64,000 bases of DNA from Candidatus Aenigmatarchaeota archaeon. GTDB taxonomy: Archaea > Aenigmatarchaeota > Aenigmatarchaeia > CG10238-14 > SCSR01. Both the position numbers and the translations under genes were made by a program. The stretch is taken from positions 9,875-73,874 of the forward strand of contig JAHLMT010000001.1 of assembly GCA_018920185.1 (NCBI GenBank), read 5' to 3'. The notes under the pieces were generated by a model, which had not been told where the DNA came from, did no database searches, and saw only the letters and a program-made list of their open reading frames with translations. Positions 39,831-50,267 of the stretch are shown one piece after another. How positions within the stretch are numbered: position 1 is the first letter of the stretch; each line of letters begins with the position of its first letter.

Positions 39831-39947
39831 GTGCATACAAAATGCGATAATTGTGGGAATTCTGTAAAATTTGTTGGTAAGTTATTCAAAACTAGGTATC
39901 TGTGGCTATGTAAGAACTGTAGGAAAAAGAGAATTAAGAGAAGATAA
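39831..39947 (+). CDS. 38-aa basic zinc-finger microprotein
   Basis: GTG 30 nt after TTTATATT; MHTKCDNCGNSVKFVGKLFKTRYLWLCKNCRKKRIKRR. Confidence 0.65.
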   Translation: MHTKCDNCGNSVKFVGKLFKTRYLWLCKNCRKKRIKRR

Positions 39948-40469
39948 CATTAACCAAGGAATTTCTATGTAAGCTGTCATTATACAATAATCTCTCTAAT
40001 GATTACAAAGAAACTAAAACCGGCGCAAAATCCAAAAATATTTTTCTTATTTAGTTAATCGAACCACTAATTTGAAGATCCATTAATTCAACACAGCAGA
40101 AAAACGATAAGTTTTTAAAACAGGAAATCGATTAATAATTAATCAAAATGCCATCCAATACCTTAGCATGCATGAATAAAGTATCACTAATTTTTGCTAA
40201 GGTAATTTATACATCCAAATGTTAATCGGGGATGATTCCTCTTCTCAATTCTTCTGGATGACCCTGATGTTCTAACAATTTTTGAATTTGTTACTCCCTT
40301 GAGATAGGATAGTAGGTTTATCCCCTTGGAGGCCTTCTCAATCAAAATATCAGCTCCTTCACTATCCCTCAAAACGGTCGTTATTGATAATTATGAATAA
40401 CAAAACTTGGATAAAATTGGTATTAGCAAAATATAGAAGCAGTAAAAAATTTAAAAAATTTAAAAATGT

Positions 40470-40559
40470 TTAGTGTTGTCTTTTTCTCATCCTCTTTCTT
40501 CTCCTCATTCTTTGTTTTTTAGTTTTTCTCCTCCTTCGTCTTTTTTCACCAGCTGCCAT
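40470..40559 (-). CDS. 29-aa Arg/Lys-rich peptide (eL41/bS22-like candidate)
   Basis: MAAGEKRRRRRKTKKQRMRRRKRMRKRQH; TTTAAAT box just upstream. Confidence 0.6.
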   Translation of the reverse strand: MAAGEKRRRRRKTKKQRMRRRKRMRKRQH

Positions 40560-40578
40560 ATTTAATTTTATGATTTTA

Positions 40579-40806
40579 TCATTTAAATCTATGGTACTTA
40601 GAGATGGCAGACCCTATTAATGATGCTATTCGCCTTGGATTATATTCCGGCGGTAGAACTAAAAATATACACCCGTTGCTTATATATCCTTGTTTTATTC
40701 TATCATTGTCTTCTCTTAGAAGCCATTCCTCTACTATCCGCCTATCATCTTTACCATTAAGATGTACTAAAAGAGTATTATCTATAACTCTAACGTATTT
40801 CCCCAT
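40579..40806 (-). CDS. Hypothetical protein
   Basis: ATG ORF co-oriented with ogg. Confidence 0.5.
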   Translation of the reverse strand: MGKYVRVIDNTLLVHLNGKDDRRIVEEWLLREDNDRIKQGYISNGCIFLVLPPEYNPRRIASLIGSAISKYHRFK

Positions 40807-40831
40807 GTCAATTAAAATTAAAAACTAGAAT

Positions 40832-41479
40832 TTATTTAAATATTATTCCCGTTTCTTTCGACCACAGTAATAAATCTAACTCATCTAAAGGTATTTGAAT
40901 TTCTTCAGAAAACTTTTTCATCTTGTCTTCTATTTCTAAATATTTCTTTTTTGTTAAACTTTTTGGGATTTCTTTAATTACACCGAATTTAACCAAATTG
41001 TTCAAAATATGAACATCAAGAATAGCAAGATTATTGTTGTTCAAGCCAATATTTCTAATAAAATGTGACGCTTCTTTCATCCCCAAACCTTTGACATTTT
41101 TAATTAGCCACTCTCTCAGCAAAAATGGATTATCTTGTAACTTGGAGATCTTTTTCTTTATATTAATAACTCCATTTTCTGTAAAAAAATTTCTAGCTTC
41201 AATTAAATATCTTGTTTTATTTTCTGGAAATCTAATAGCCTGTAAAAAAGGTCTTATTTGTTTTTCGTTGCCGTTCAATAGCAAGTTGTTTTTTTCTAAA
41301 ACTTGAACAACATTCCAACATGTGGTAGCTTTTGATTGTGGTGTTAACAAACAAAAAACAAGTTCACTGAAAATTTTTTCGTCCGATTCGTTTAATATAG
41401 ATCTGAATTCTTCTAATCTTTTGATAATTTCATACTTTTTATCTTTGTAGTATCGAACAAGTTCGTTTAAATCTTCCAT
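40832..41479 (-). CDS. ogg: 8-oxoguanine N-glycosylase/DNA lyase
   Basis: ELVFCLLTPQS, KGLGMKEASHFIRNIG, AILDVHI. Confidence 0.93.
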   Translation of the reverse strand: MEDLNELVRYYKDKKYEIIKRLEEFRSILNESDEKIFSELVFCLLTPQSKATTCWNVVQVLEKNNLLLNGNEKQIRPFLQAIRFPENKTRYLIEARNFFTENGVINIKKKISKLQDNPFLLREWLIKNVKGLGMKEASHFIRNIGLNNNNLAILDVHILNNLVKFGVIKEIPKSLTKKKYLEIEDKMKKFSEEIQIPLDELDLLLWSKETGIIFK

Positions 41480-41927
41480 TAACCTCTCTCCAGAATAATT
41501 TTCTTAATTTTAAGAAATTTTTATTAAAGCCGTATACAAAAAGTAATGAAAGACTACCTAAAATCTCGCTAACTATAATGAATGGTGTAAATTCAAATTC
41601 AAAATTACATGTAACAAAAAAAGTGTAATTCTTTAACGGATATAGAAATGGAACATTATCATTCATATCTTGTATAAGATGAAGTAAAGAACCCAATGAA
41701 ATAGCTATAGCAAATTTTTTGTTTCGTGTTATTAAATATATCACACTTCCGGCAATTGGAAAGAAAAATATAGAATGGGCAATAAATCTTCCACATGGTG
41801 CACCGAGTAAGAACAATCCTTTGTCAACTATGTCTGGCAGAAGTGACCCAACTATAGCAAAAAATGCCGGAAGGTATATCATAGACGAGACAAATGCAGT
41901 TATTCCTATATGACCAAGCAACAACAT
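41439..41927 (-). CDS. Membrane metal-dependent hydrolase (YdjM-like)
   Basis: GH, GSLLPDIVDK, AHS, HLIQD, LYP. Confidence 0.85.
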   Translation of the reverse strand: MLLLGHIGITAFVSSMIYLPAFFAIVGSLLPDIVDKGLFLLGAPCGRFIAHSIFFFPIAGSVIYLITRNKKFAIAISLGSLLHLIQDMNDNVPFLYPLKNYTFFVTCNFEFEFTPFIIVSEILGSLSLLFVYGFNKNFLKLRKLFWREVNGRFKRTCSILQR

Positions 41928-41939
41928 GTAATCTTTCTT

Positions 41940-42485
41940 TTAAGATTGTCTTATAAATTTTAAAATCTTTTCTACAGATTCTTTAATTGACATGTTAGAA
42001 GTATCAATGACAAAATCAGCATATTTCTTTTGATCGAAATAGTCAAAACCGTAAATTCTTTTCCACTCTTTTCTTTCAATCTTTTCACGTTCTTTAATTT
42101 CTTTCATTGCTTGCTTTACCGAAATTTTGTCTCTTTGTGCAGATCTTTTTGCTCTAACTTCCAAAGGAACATCCAACCAAATTTTTTTATTGCTCATATC
42201 TCTTAAAAAATAAATTCCAAGTTTGCTGTTGATGACGACATTACCCTTTTTAGCTTCTTTTATCTGCGGTTCGTCTAATACTTTTTGATGAAATTCTTTT
42301 GTCCTTCCGTATTTTTTCCTCCACACCTCTAATGAGGATTTACCCTCCTTTTTTGATTTGCCGAAACTTTTTTGGATTTTACCAACAGAAAAATATCTTA
42401 ACTTAAGTTTTCTAGCTAGAGCTTTTGCAATTGTAGAGCTACCTGCACCCGGTGGACCAGAAACTACGATTACATTCTTTTTCAT
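41940..42485 (-). CDS. cmk: Archaeal cytidylate kinase
   Basis: VSGPPGAGSST, RAKR...RD, R.YG.D, IDTS. Confidence 0.88.
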   Translation of the reverse strand: MKKNVIVVSGPPGAGSSTIAKALARKLKLRYFSVGKIQKSFGKSKKEGKSSLEVWRKKYGRTKEFHQKVLDEPQIKEAKKGNVVINSKLGIYFLRDMSNKKIWLDVPLEVRAKRSAQRDKISVKQAMKEIKEREKIERKEWKRIYGFDYFDQKKYADFVIDTSNMSIKESVEKILKFIRQS

Positions 42486-42511
42486 AAATTTTATTACAAA
42501 AATATAATATA

Positions 42512-42832
42512 TTAACCAAGTAATTTTATTTCGATTCTGATATCAGTTGGGATATTGACTCTCATTATCTGTCTTAATGCTCTATCGTCAGCTTGTACAT
42601 CAAGTACCCTCTTATGGATTCTCATTTCCCATTTTTCCCAAGTTGCATTTCCGTGACCAGTGCCATCTCCACACGGCGTTTTTAATGTTACTATTCTCAT
42701 TTTTTTAGTCGGCAATGGTATTGGTCCACGATAATCGATACCAAATTTTTTAGCAATTTCTCTAATTTCATTTGCTATAGCATCTAATTCTTCTGGATTT
42801 TTTCCACTTAGTTTTATTCTCGCTATTTGCAT
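42512..42832 (-). CDS. rps10: Ribosomal protein uS10
   Basis: GPIPLPTK, KTPCG.G..TW.KWEMRIHKR. Confidence 0.96.
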   Translation of the reverse strand: MQIARIKLSGKNPEELDAIANEIREIAKKFGIDYRGPIPLPTKKMRIVTLKTPCGDGTGHGNATWEKWEMRIHKRVLDVQADDRALRQIMRVNIPTDIRIEIKLLG

Positions 42833-43472
42833 ACTCTCTTAATTATCTAGAAGGATTTAAATGTTTAATTCATTGGAGGATAAGAAATGAAAGTTAGTGA
42901 AAAACATACAAATTTCAAATGGTAACAAAAACTATTCTTAAAATAAGTTGGGAAAGATATAGAAGCGATATGGCGGATTTCTTTAAACTATTAGTTAAAA
43001 AACAGAAATCTCTACTATCTGAACTCTTGAATAATCAAATAACGAAAATATGACAATGCCGATGACTTTTTCGACTTGAGAGTTTTGGTATTTTTCGATT
43101 ATAATTTCAGCTACTTACAAAATTTCCCAGTGGTTCACTATTATCAAAAGCTATTATACGATCTTCATTTCTTTTTATCCTGATATCTGACGGCACCCTA
43201 AATAAATGTTAGACGATTAACTGGAGATATCTGTGTCACATGTTTATTGATATAAAATAGTCTTCATTTAGTGGATATTCTTCTAAAACTGTTGGAAGTT
43301 GCAGCAACTAATTGTTTCAAAAATAAAATAATTTATAGAGAAATTGGATGCTAAAAAAACGAATATCATAAAAATACACTATGTCGTTTTCATACATTAA
43401 AAATGGCAGACTATTGCAAGCAAAAGTATAAAATTCATTCAGAGATAGAAAGAAGTTGTATTAAGGTTTACA

Positions 43473-44750
43473 CTATTTCGCCTTAACTACATCCAATACG
43501 ATACCGGCTGCAATTGTCATTCCCATATCTCTAATAGCAAATCTCGCTAACTGTGGAAATTCTGATTGTTTTTCAATTACCATCGGTTTAAGTGGTCTAA
43601 CTCTGATTCTTGCAGCATCACCTGTTTTGATAAAATCCGGTTTCTCCTGTATTACTTGACCTGTTTTAGGATCTATCTTTGCAATTATTTCTTCAATTGT
43701 ACATGCTACAGCCGCTGTGTGTGCATGAAAAACGGGCGTGTATCCTGCAGTTATTACCGTCGGATGTTGTAAAACAACTATCTGTGCTATGAACTCTGAA
43801 GCAACTGTTGGTGGATTACTGGGATGACCTACAACATCACCTTTCTTTATTTGTTCCTTGGTAACACCTCTAACATTAAATCCGACATTATCCCCTGGGA
43901 CAGCTTGCTGTAACTGTTGATGGTGGATTTCTATTGACTTTACTTCACCTGTGACATGGGCAGGTTCAAAAATAATTGTGTCCCCTACTTTCATCACACC
44001 AGTTTCAACTCTACCAACAGGAACTGTCCCAACTCCAGTGATAGAATAAACATCTTGTACAGGTAATCTTAATGGTTTATCCAAGGGTTTTTCAGGTTCT
44101 TTTATATACTGGTCAAGTGCTTCCAATAAGGTTGGTCCATTATACCAAGGCATCTTGTCAGATTTTTTGGTAATATTTTCTCCGTTATACGCTGATATAG
44201 GAATGAACGGTATTTCTGAAACTTTGTAACCAATCCCTTGTAAGAGTTTTGTTGCCTCCTCCTTTACTTCCTCAAATCTTTTCTGGTCATAATTAGCTGC
44301 ATCCATCTTATTCAAAACTACTATAATTTGATTAATACCAAGTACTTTCATTAACCATGCGTGCTCCTTTGTCTGCTCTTGTATTCCTTCACCTGGTTTT
44401 GCAGAAATAACAAAAATGCTGGCATCTGCTTGCGAAGCACCTGTAATCATATTCTTGACAAAATCTCTATGACCCGGAGCATCTATAATAGTAAAGAACC
44501 ACTTTTGTGTTTCAAATGGGCGATGCATGATATCTATAGTCAATCCACGTTCTCTTTCTTCCTTGACCTTGTCCATTACAAAAGCAAATTCAAACGTCTC
44601 TTTCTTAAGTTCGGTTGCAATTTCTTTTAGTTTTCTCATTTCCTCTTCCCTAATAGCACCAGTATCGTATAAGAGTCGCCCAACTAAAGTAGACTTTCCT
44701 GCGTCTACATGTCCAGCAGTTATTATGTTTATGTGAGGTTTAGCAGACAT
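43473..44750 (-). CDS. tuf: Elongation factor 1-alpha
   Basis: [21 protein letters not shown]. Confidence 0.98.
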   Translation of the reverse strand: MSAKPHINIITAGHVDAGKSTLVGRLLYDTGAIREEEMRKLKEIATELKKETFEFAFVMDKVKEERERGLTIDIMHRPFETQKWFFTIIDAPGHRDFVKNMITGASQADASIFVISAKPGEGIQEQTKEHAWLMKVLGINQIIVVLNKMDAANYDQKRFEEVKEEATKLLQGIGYKVSEIPFIPISAYNGENITKKSDKMPWYNGPTLLEALDQYIKEPEKPLDKPLRLPVQDVYSITGVGTVPVGRVETGVMKVGDTIIFEPAHVTGEVKSIEIHHQQLQQAVPGDNVGFNVRGVTKEQIKKGDVVGHPSNPPTVASEFIAQIVVLQHPTVITAGYTPVFHAHTAAVACTIEEIIAKIDPKTGQVIQEKPDFIKTGDAARIRVRPLKPMVIEKQSEFPQLARFAIRDMGMTIAAGIVLDVVKAK

Positions 44751-44801
44751 CCGTCCACCAAATTTTACTTAATCTAATTTAACAAATAAATTTAAATAAT
44801 T

Positions 44802-46994
44802 TTAAACTTCTGGTTTTGGTATCTCTTCAGGTAATCCTTTTCTTTTTCTGATAGCTTTCACGGTTGATTCAAACAACTCTTTTGGCACTCTTTCGAATGT
44901 GGTTTCTATTAATGAATAAAATCCTCTTCCGCTTGTCGCAGACTTTAAGGTTGCATCAAATCCAAACATCTCACTAACTGGAAGCTTTGCAGTAATAACA
45001 GATGCACCACGCTCTTCTTTCATATCAAGGATTTGCCCTCTTCTATTTTCAACTTCTCTGATAGCATCACCAATCAATTCGGTTGGTATATCTATTCTGA
45101 TGATTTGTTTTGGTTCAAGTATCTGTGTGCCGGCTGATAACATTGCTTGTCTAATAGCCCATCTTACAGCAGGACGTATCTGACCTTCACCTCTATGAAC
45201 AGGATCTTCATGCAATTCAGCATCTGTTAATATTACTTTTAATTTTGTGCATGGTTCTCTTGCTAATGGTCCATCATCCATCACATCTACAAAGGCATCT
45301 TTAATCATCTCAATAACTTCGTCGAGAAACTGAATCCCTTTAGTCATGTCAATCAGAACACTTTTGTTGTGCATAATTTGTATGTTTCTGGCTTCGTCAT
45401 AATCCATGCCAAATTTTTTGAATTTTTGAAATAGTTCGATATTCTTTCTTTTGATTTCACCTTCACTTGGTAGTTCGCCTTCTAACATAGCTTGATATAC
45501 ACTGTCTTCTAAAGGTTCAACTATTATGTTTATTTTATTGTGTTTATTTGGAGATTTCCCCTCAATTTCAGGTGATTTTTCAAAAATAGTTTCGCGATAT
45601 ACAACAATTGGTTGAGACATTTCTACATCTATTCCTAAATCCTTAAGCTTGTGCTCAACTTTAATTTCTAAATGTAGTTCACCCAAACCAGAAACAAGAT
45701 ACTCTCCCGTTTCTTGATTTATTTTAACGATTAATGTTGGATCTTCTCTGCCTAATTTTTTAAGCGTATCAACTAATTTTGGCAGTTCCATTGGATTCTT
45801 TGGTTCAATAGATTTTGTAACAACTGGTTCAAATAAATGTTTGATTTCTTCAAACGGTTCTATAACCTTCCCAGCATCAGTAACAGTTTCACCTGTAAAT
45901 GCATCCGGTATTCCAATAACTCCAACTACATTACCTGCTGGAATCTCGTCAACTGGAATCCTCTGTATTCCTTTATAAACAACAACTTGCTGTAGTTTTT
46001 CAGTTTTGTGTAGTGTAAGCAGTTGGACATCTTTACCTTTAAAAATCTTTCCAGAAAAAATTCTCCCAGTGGCAACAAATCCAACATGCGGATCAGGCAC
46101 CATTTTAGTTATTATCATAGCTAATTGGCCATTAGGGTTGCATGTAAGCATGTCTCTACCAACTTCAGAATCCAAGTCCCCTTTCCAGATCTTTCCGATT
46201 CTATACTTTTGAGCTTCAACTGGATTTGGCAAATGTTTGATTATCATATCAAGAACAACTTGATGTAATGGGGCTTTTTTTGCTAGTTCATCTTCTTTTC
46301 CTTGGAGTGTCAGGTCAATTATCTCTTTGAAGGTTATTCCGGTTTTTTTCATATAAGGTACTGAAATTGCCCAGCGCCTGAAGGCAGAACCAAATGCGAC
46401 AGAACCATCTTGAACATTAACTAGCCATTTACTCTTATATTCTTCTGGCGCATATTTCTGAATCAAAAGATTAATATCACGAATAACTTCTTCAAATCTT
46501 TGTTGCATCTGTTCTGGTGTCAGTTTCAATTCACGGATAAATCTATCTACCTTGTTGATAAATAATACAGGCTTAACATATTCTCTTAGAGCTTGACGAA
46601 AGACAGTTTCAGTTTGTGGCATTATCCCTTCAACCGGGTCAACTAATACAATTGTTCCATCGACAGCCCTCATTGCTCTAGTTACATCACCACCAAAGTC
46701 AACATGTCCTGGAGTGTCAACAAGATTTATCAAATAATCCTGACCTTCAAATTCATGAACCATAGAGACATTCGCACCATATACAGTTAGTTCACGTTTT
46801 CGTTCCTCAGGATCAAACCAAGTTACCATAGCTTTTCCGGCCATTTCTTCTGCAATCATTCCTGCTCCAGCCATTAAATTATCTGTAAGAGTTGTTTTAC
46901 CATGATGAACATGACTAGAAGTTGCAATATTTCTAATTCTTGTTGGATCTTTCATCACTTCCATTATTCTTTCAGTCATCTCTTTTTTAACCAT
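44802..46994 (-). CDS. fusA: Elongation factor 2
   Basis: HGKTTL, DTPGHVDF, NKVD, LGELHLE, LHEDPVHRG. Confidence 0.97.
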   Translation of the reverse strand: MVKKEMTERIMEVMKDPTRIRNIATSSHVHHGKTTLTDNLMAGAGMIAEEMAGKAMVTWFDPEERKRELTVYGANVSMVHEFEGQDYLINLVDTPGHVDFGGDVTRAMRAVDGTIVLVDPVEGIMPQTETVFRQALREYVKPVLFINKVDRFIRELKLTPEQMQQRFEEVIRDINLLIQKYAPEEYKSKWLVNVQDGSVAFGSAFRRWAISVPYMKKTGITFKEIIDLTLQGKEDELAKKAPLHQVVLDMIIKHLPNPVEAQKYRIGKIWKGDLDSEVGRDMLTCNPNGQLAMIITKMVPDPHVGFVATGRIFSGKIFKGKDVQLLTLHKTEKLQQVVVYKGIQRIPVDEIPAGNVVGVIGIPDAFTGETVTDAGKVIEPFEEIKHLFEPVVTKSIEPKNPMELPKLVDTLKKLGREDPTLIVKINQETGEYLVSGLGELHLEIKVEHKLKDLGIDVEMSQPIVVYRETIFEKSPEIEGKSPNKHNKINIIVEPLEDSVYQAMLEGELPSEGEIKRKNIELFQKFKKFGMDYDEARNIQIMHNKSVLIDMTKGIQFLDEVIEMIKDAFVDVMDDGPLAREPCTKLKVILTDAELHEDPVHRGEGQIRPAVRWAIRQAMLSAGTQILEPKQIIRIDIPTELIGDAIREVENRRGQILDMKEERGASVITAKLPVSEMFGFDATLKSATSGRGFYSLIETTFERVPKELFESTVKAIRKRKGLPEEIPKPEV

Positions 46995-47400
46995 TGTAAC
47001 CCTTCATTTTAACTTCGAAATTCGATTTTTAACTATTTATTTATTGTAGTGTTTTATGTATTCGTCATTTCCCTAATTTTTATAAACTGTAAGTCTATAC
47101 CCTTTTAGGATACAGCCAACTTACATATACTTCTTAGATGTCTAATCTTTTTACAAGTTCTGAAGTTTCTTTCTTATACCATCCTTAAAAATAGGTTCTG
47201 TAAAATGTTTACTATTTATTTTAAACCAATTCGAAATATATTTCAACGTCTTCAAAAAGCTACAAAGAAACTTTTCTAAATCGTAACTATGCCAACATCT
47301 TCTTAGCTTAAATTTATCCAACCCAATCACATCATTGATATTTGTGTTTGCCTTTTCCAAATTGACTCTTTAATAATGTATCAGAGATTTTGATTAAACT

Positions 47401-48003
47401 TTATCTCGCACCCTCAGCTTCCTTTTCGATTCTTTCTTTTTCTTTTATAGATTCGCTTTTAGATGCGTCATTGTTGTAAGCCGCAATTATTTCGTCGACT
47501 AAAGCATCGACAATATTCGTTTTTTTCCCAAAAGCTTTCTTATATGCAGCTTGTGTTATCATTCTTAAAGCAGAGTCAACTCTTCTTTGCGGTGATGTGA
47601 TGACAGCTCTTCTAACAATTATTCCACCGACTTGATACCCCGCTATTTCTTCTCTTAATGCCGCATTTTCTATAGCTCTAACAAGAACTTCCACAGGATT
47701 CTTTCCTGTTTTTTCATAAATTTTGTCAAAAGCTTCCTTTACGATATTATAAGTTGTGATATACCTTCCTACAACTCTTCCAGATGTTAAAAAATGTTTT
47801 TTACTCTTATGTCCCGGCACCATCATCTTTGTTATCAATCGCTCAACAATGTTCATTTTTGACTTATAGAATTGTTGACTAGCTAATCTCCCAGAACTTT
47901 TGGGAAATATAGAAGGGGTAATAGTAATATAAGGTCTTAATCCAGGATCATTCACACTTACACCTTCAATACTCCATTTGTTAAAAATTTTCATATCTTC
48001 CAT
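47401..48003 (-). CDS. rps7: Ribosomal protein uS7
   Basis: NPVEVLVRAIENAA.REE, SPQRRVD. Confidence 0.96.
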   Translation of the reverse strand: MEDMKIFNKWSIEGVSVNDPGLRPYITITPSIFPKSSGRLASQQFYKSKMNIVERLITKMMVPGHKSKKHFLTSGRVVGRYITTYNIVKEAFDKIYEKTGKNPVEVLVRAIENAALREEIAGYQVGGIIVRRAVITSPQRRVDSALRMITQAAYKKAFGKKTNIVDALVDEIIAAYNNDASKSESIKEKERIEKEAEGAR

Positions 48004-48007
48004 TCAA

Positions 48008-48430
48008 TTACCTTGCTGGTTTTTGTTTTTTACCTGCCAAAATTTCTTTTAAAGAAACTCCGTTAACAGCAATTACTTGAAACTTTAATCCAGGGGTGTC
48101 TCCCTTTGCCCCGCCTTGTGCACCACCGATGCTTTCTATTAAAACCTCATCGTGTTCATTAATATGATTAATTGCATTATACCCAGGTACAAATGCGGTT
48201 ACTTGAACATTGTTCTTAATCAGTTGAACCCTTACTGCTTTAGCCAGTCCTGAAGATGGTTTTCTTCTCTCTATAGTTCTTTTGCTGATAACAATGCCGC
48301 GTGCTTGTGGTGCACCTGCTAATGGTCCTTCTTTCCACAGTTTCAACATTTTTCTCACATATGTAACCTTCTTCCATCTAAACTTTTTCCTAGTTTTACG
48401 TAACTTTCTACCTCCAAATTCTCCTGGCAT
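48008..48430 (-). CDS. rps12: Ribosomal protein uS12
   Basis: [23 protein letters not shown]. Confidence 0.96.
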   Translation of the reverse strand: MPGEFGGRKLRKTRKKFRWKKVTYVRKMLKLWKEGPLAGAPQARGIVISKRTIERRKPSSGLAKAVRVQLIKNNVQVTAFVPGYNAINHINEHDEVLIESIGGAQGGAKGDTPGLKFQVIAVNGVSLKEILAGKKQKPAR

Positions 48431-48853
48431 TTATCTCACTGTTATTTCACTTATATTGTGATTTCTCAGTAACAGTTCTTTATAAATCTTTAAACTTTTC
48501 CCATTCCGTCCTATTATAGTCGGTCTATCTTTCTTGTTAACCCATATGTCTATCACAAGTCTGCCATTCTCCGTTTTTAATTTTGCAAAATTTATCTGAG
48601 GGATTAAATTCTTAACAAAATTTTCAGCATCTTCTGAGAATTCAAAAACTTTTATATTTTTTTTAATCAGATTTTCTATTTTTCTGATAACATTTCCATT
48701 TTTCCCGATAGCTTTCCCAATTTCACCTTTTTCAATTACGAAATAAACAATATTGCTCTCATTATCGATTAAACAATCTCTAACATTAGTGCCGGTTAAG
48801 TTCTCAAAAAGTGTCATCAACCTTATTGTCTCAGTATCTAGTATTATCGGCAT
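48431..48853 (-). CDS. nusA: Archaeal NusA-like KH protein
   Basis: AIGKNG and IIGRNG KH motifs; synteny. Confidence 0.92.
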   Translation of the reverse strand: MPIILDTETIRLMTLFENLTGTNVRDCLIDNESNIVYFVIEKGEIGKAIGKNGNVIRKIENLIKKNIKVFEFSEDAENFVKNLIPQINFAKLKTENGRLVIDIWVNKKDRPTIIGRNGKSLKIYKELLLRNHNISEITVR

Positions 48854-48857
48854 ATTA

Positions 48858-49118
48858 TCATTTAATTACTAATGTTGTCACTGGAAAAGGTTTGCCACAA
48901 ACAATTCCCAGTTCTCTACTTGTCCCATCAAATACTTCAAATTTTGTTTTTGAGACTTTAGAGTTATGTTCAAGTTCTTTCCTCATACTTATCGGTAAAT
49001 TATTAGCTACAATAATCATTTTTGGTGTATTTACTTTTATGTATTTAATACATTCATTATATCCGATAATGACTTTATTTGATTTTATCGCCGATTGGAT
49101 ATCTGATATTTGCACCAT
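48858..49118 (-). CDS. rpl30e: Ribosomal protein eL30
   Basis: F.GTSRELG.VCGKPF. Confidence 0.93.
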   Translation of the reverse strand: MVQISDIQSAIKSNKVIIGYNECIKYIKVNTPKMIIVANNLPISMRKELEHNSKVSKTKFEVFDGTSRELGIVCGKPFPVTTLVIK

Positions 49119-49166
49119 TTTTGTCCTCTATCATTTAATCGTCAAAAGAATTTAAATATTCGGAAT

Positions 49167-50267
49167 TTATTCTTCAGGTCTGACAATCAATTCGAACATT
49201 CCAGTTCCAGCTGGTACAACTTGTCCTATCATTACATTTTCAAAAATTCCCTGTAGGTTATCAACTTCATTTCTAATTGATGCTCGTACAAGATGTTTTA
49301 TAGTTTCTTCAAATGCAGCCCTTGATAAAATAGATGTCTTCGCACCAGCAACACCATATCGACCAATAGAACTCACATCTCCACCAAAAGTCATAATATC
49401 AGCAGCCAACATTACATATCGAATATCTACATCCAGTGCTTGTTCTTGCATAGTTTTCAATGCTTCTCTGATAATTATATTTCTAGCCGCTTCTATACCA
49501 AATACTGCAAGTGTCTCATGTATATCATTTGTATAAGTTCTTCTCTCATCAACTTCTTTGATGTTTAAAGTATCTCTCAAGTTTGTGCCTATCGTGTTTA
49601 TTATCCAATCTTCTCCTTCTTTTCTAACTATAGCATTTCTAATTCCTCTAACTCCATCGATTTGAAGGTCGAGAACTTTCTCCTTTAGCTTCTGTAACTC
49701 TCTTACATCTTCGGTTTTCACAACGATAATAATTTTATCTTCTTTAGCTCTTACACTTACATTTTTTAAATTATCTTTTACTACCTTACAAATCAAATCA
49801 ACTTTCCTCTTATCAGTCACTTCAAATTCAATTGAATTCTCATTTAGATTCAAAGAAATTTTTTTTGTTAAATTAAGTACCTTCCTTTCAACTAAATTCT
49901 CAGCAAGCTTTGCAGCATCATTTGCATTATTATATTCTTTTTTTAGATAGATTGTCATCATAGGTGTTTCCGGTTCTTTTTTAGCATCAAAGATCTCTAT
50001 TAATCGTGGTAGCCCATATGTGACTTTTATACCCGCTATTCCAGCAAAATGATAGGTCCTCATTGTCATTTGTGTAGAGGGTTCAGATATACTTTGGGCA
50101 GCGATAATACCAATGCTTTCTCCTGGTTCAAATCTCCCTTGTTGATAAGCTTTTCTAACCTCTTCCATCAGCTTTTCTTTATTCAGCTTCATTTCTCTAC
50201 TAATTTCTTCTACTTCTTCCACTAATTTAGTGGGTAACTCAAAGTCTGTTTGCAATTGTTCTGACAT
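49167..50267 (-). CDS. rpoA2: RNA polymerase subunit A'' (Rpo1C)
   Basis: AAQSISEPSTQMTMRTYH, RAAFE. Confidence 0.96.
   Translation of the reverse strand: MSEQLQTDFELPTKLVEEVEEISREMKLNKEKLMEEVRKAYQQGRFEPGESIGIIAAQSISEPSTQMTMRTYHFAGIAGIKVTYGLPRLIEIFDAKKEPETPMMTIYLKKEYNNANDAAKLAENLVERKVLNLTKKISLNLNENSIEFEVTDKRKVDLICKVVKDNLKNVSVRAKEDKIIIVVKTEDVRELQKLKEKVLDLQIDGVRGIRNAIVRKEGEDWIINTIGTNLRDTLNIKEVDERRTYTNDIHETLAVFGIEAARNIIIREALKTMQEQALDVDIRYVMLAADIMTFGGDVSSIGRYGVAGAKTSILSRAAFEETIKHLVRASIRNEVDNLQGIFENVMIGQVVPAGTGMFELIVRPEE

Noticed and set aside
40187-40372. 61-aa TTG-start ORF (and the similar 47151-47360)
   Set aside because: No recognisable motif or clear initiation signal; possibly remnants, but not supportable as features.
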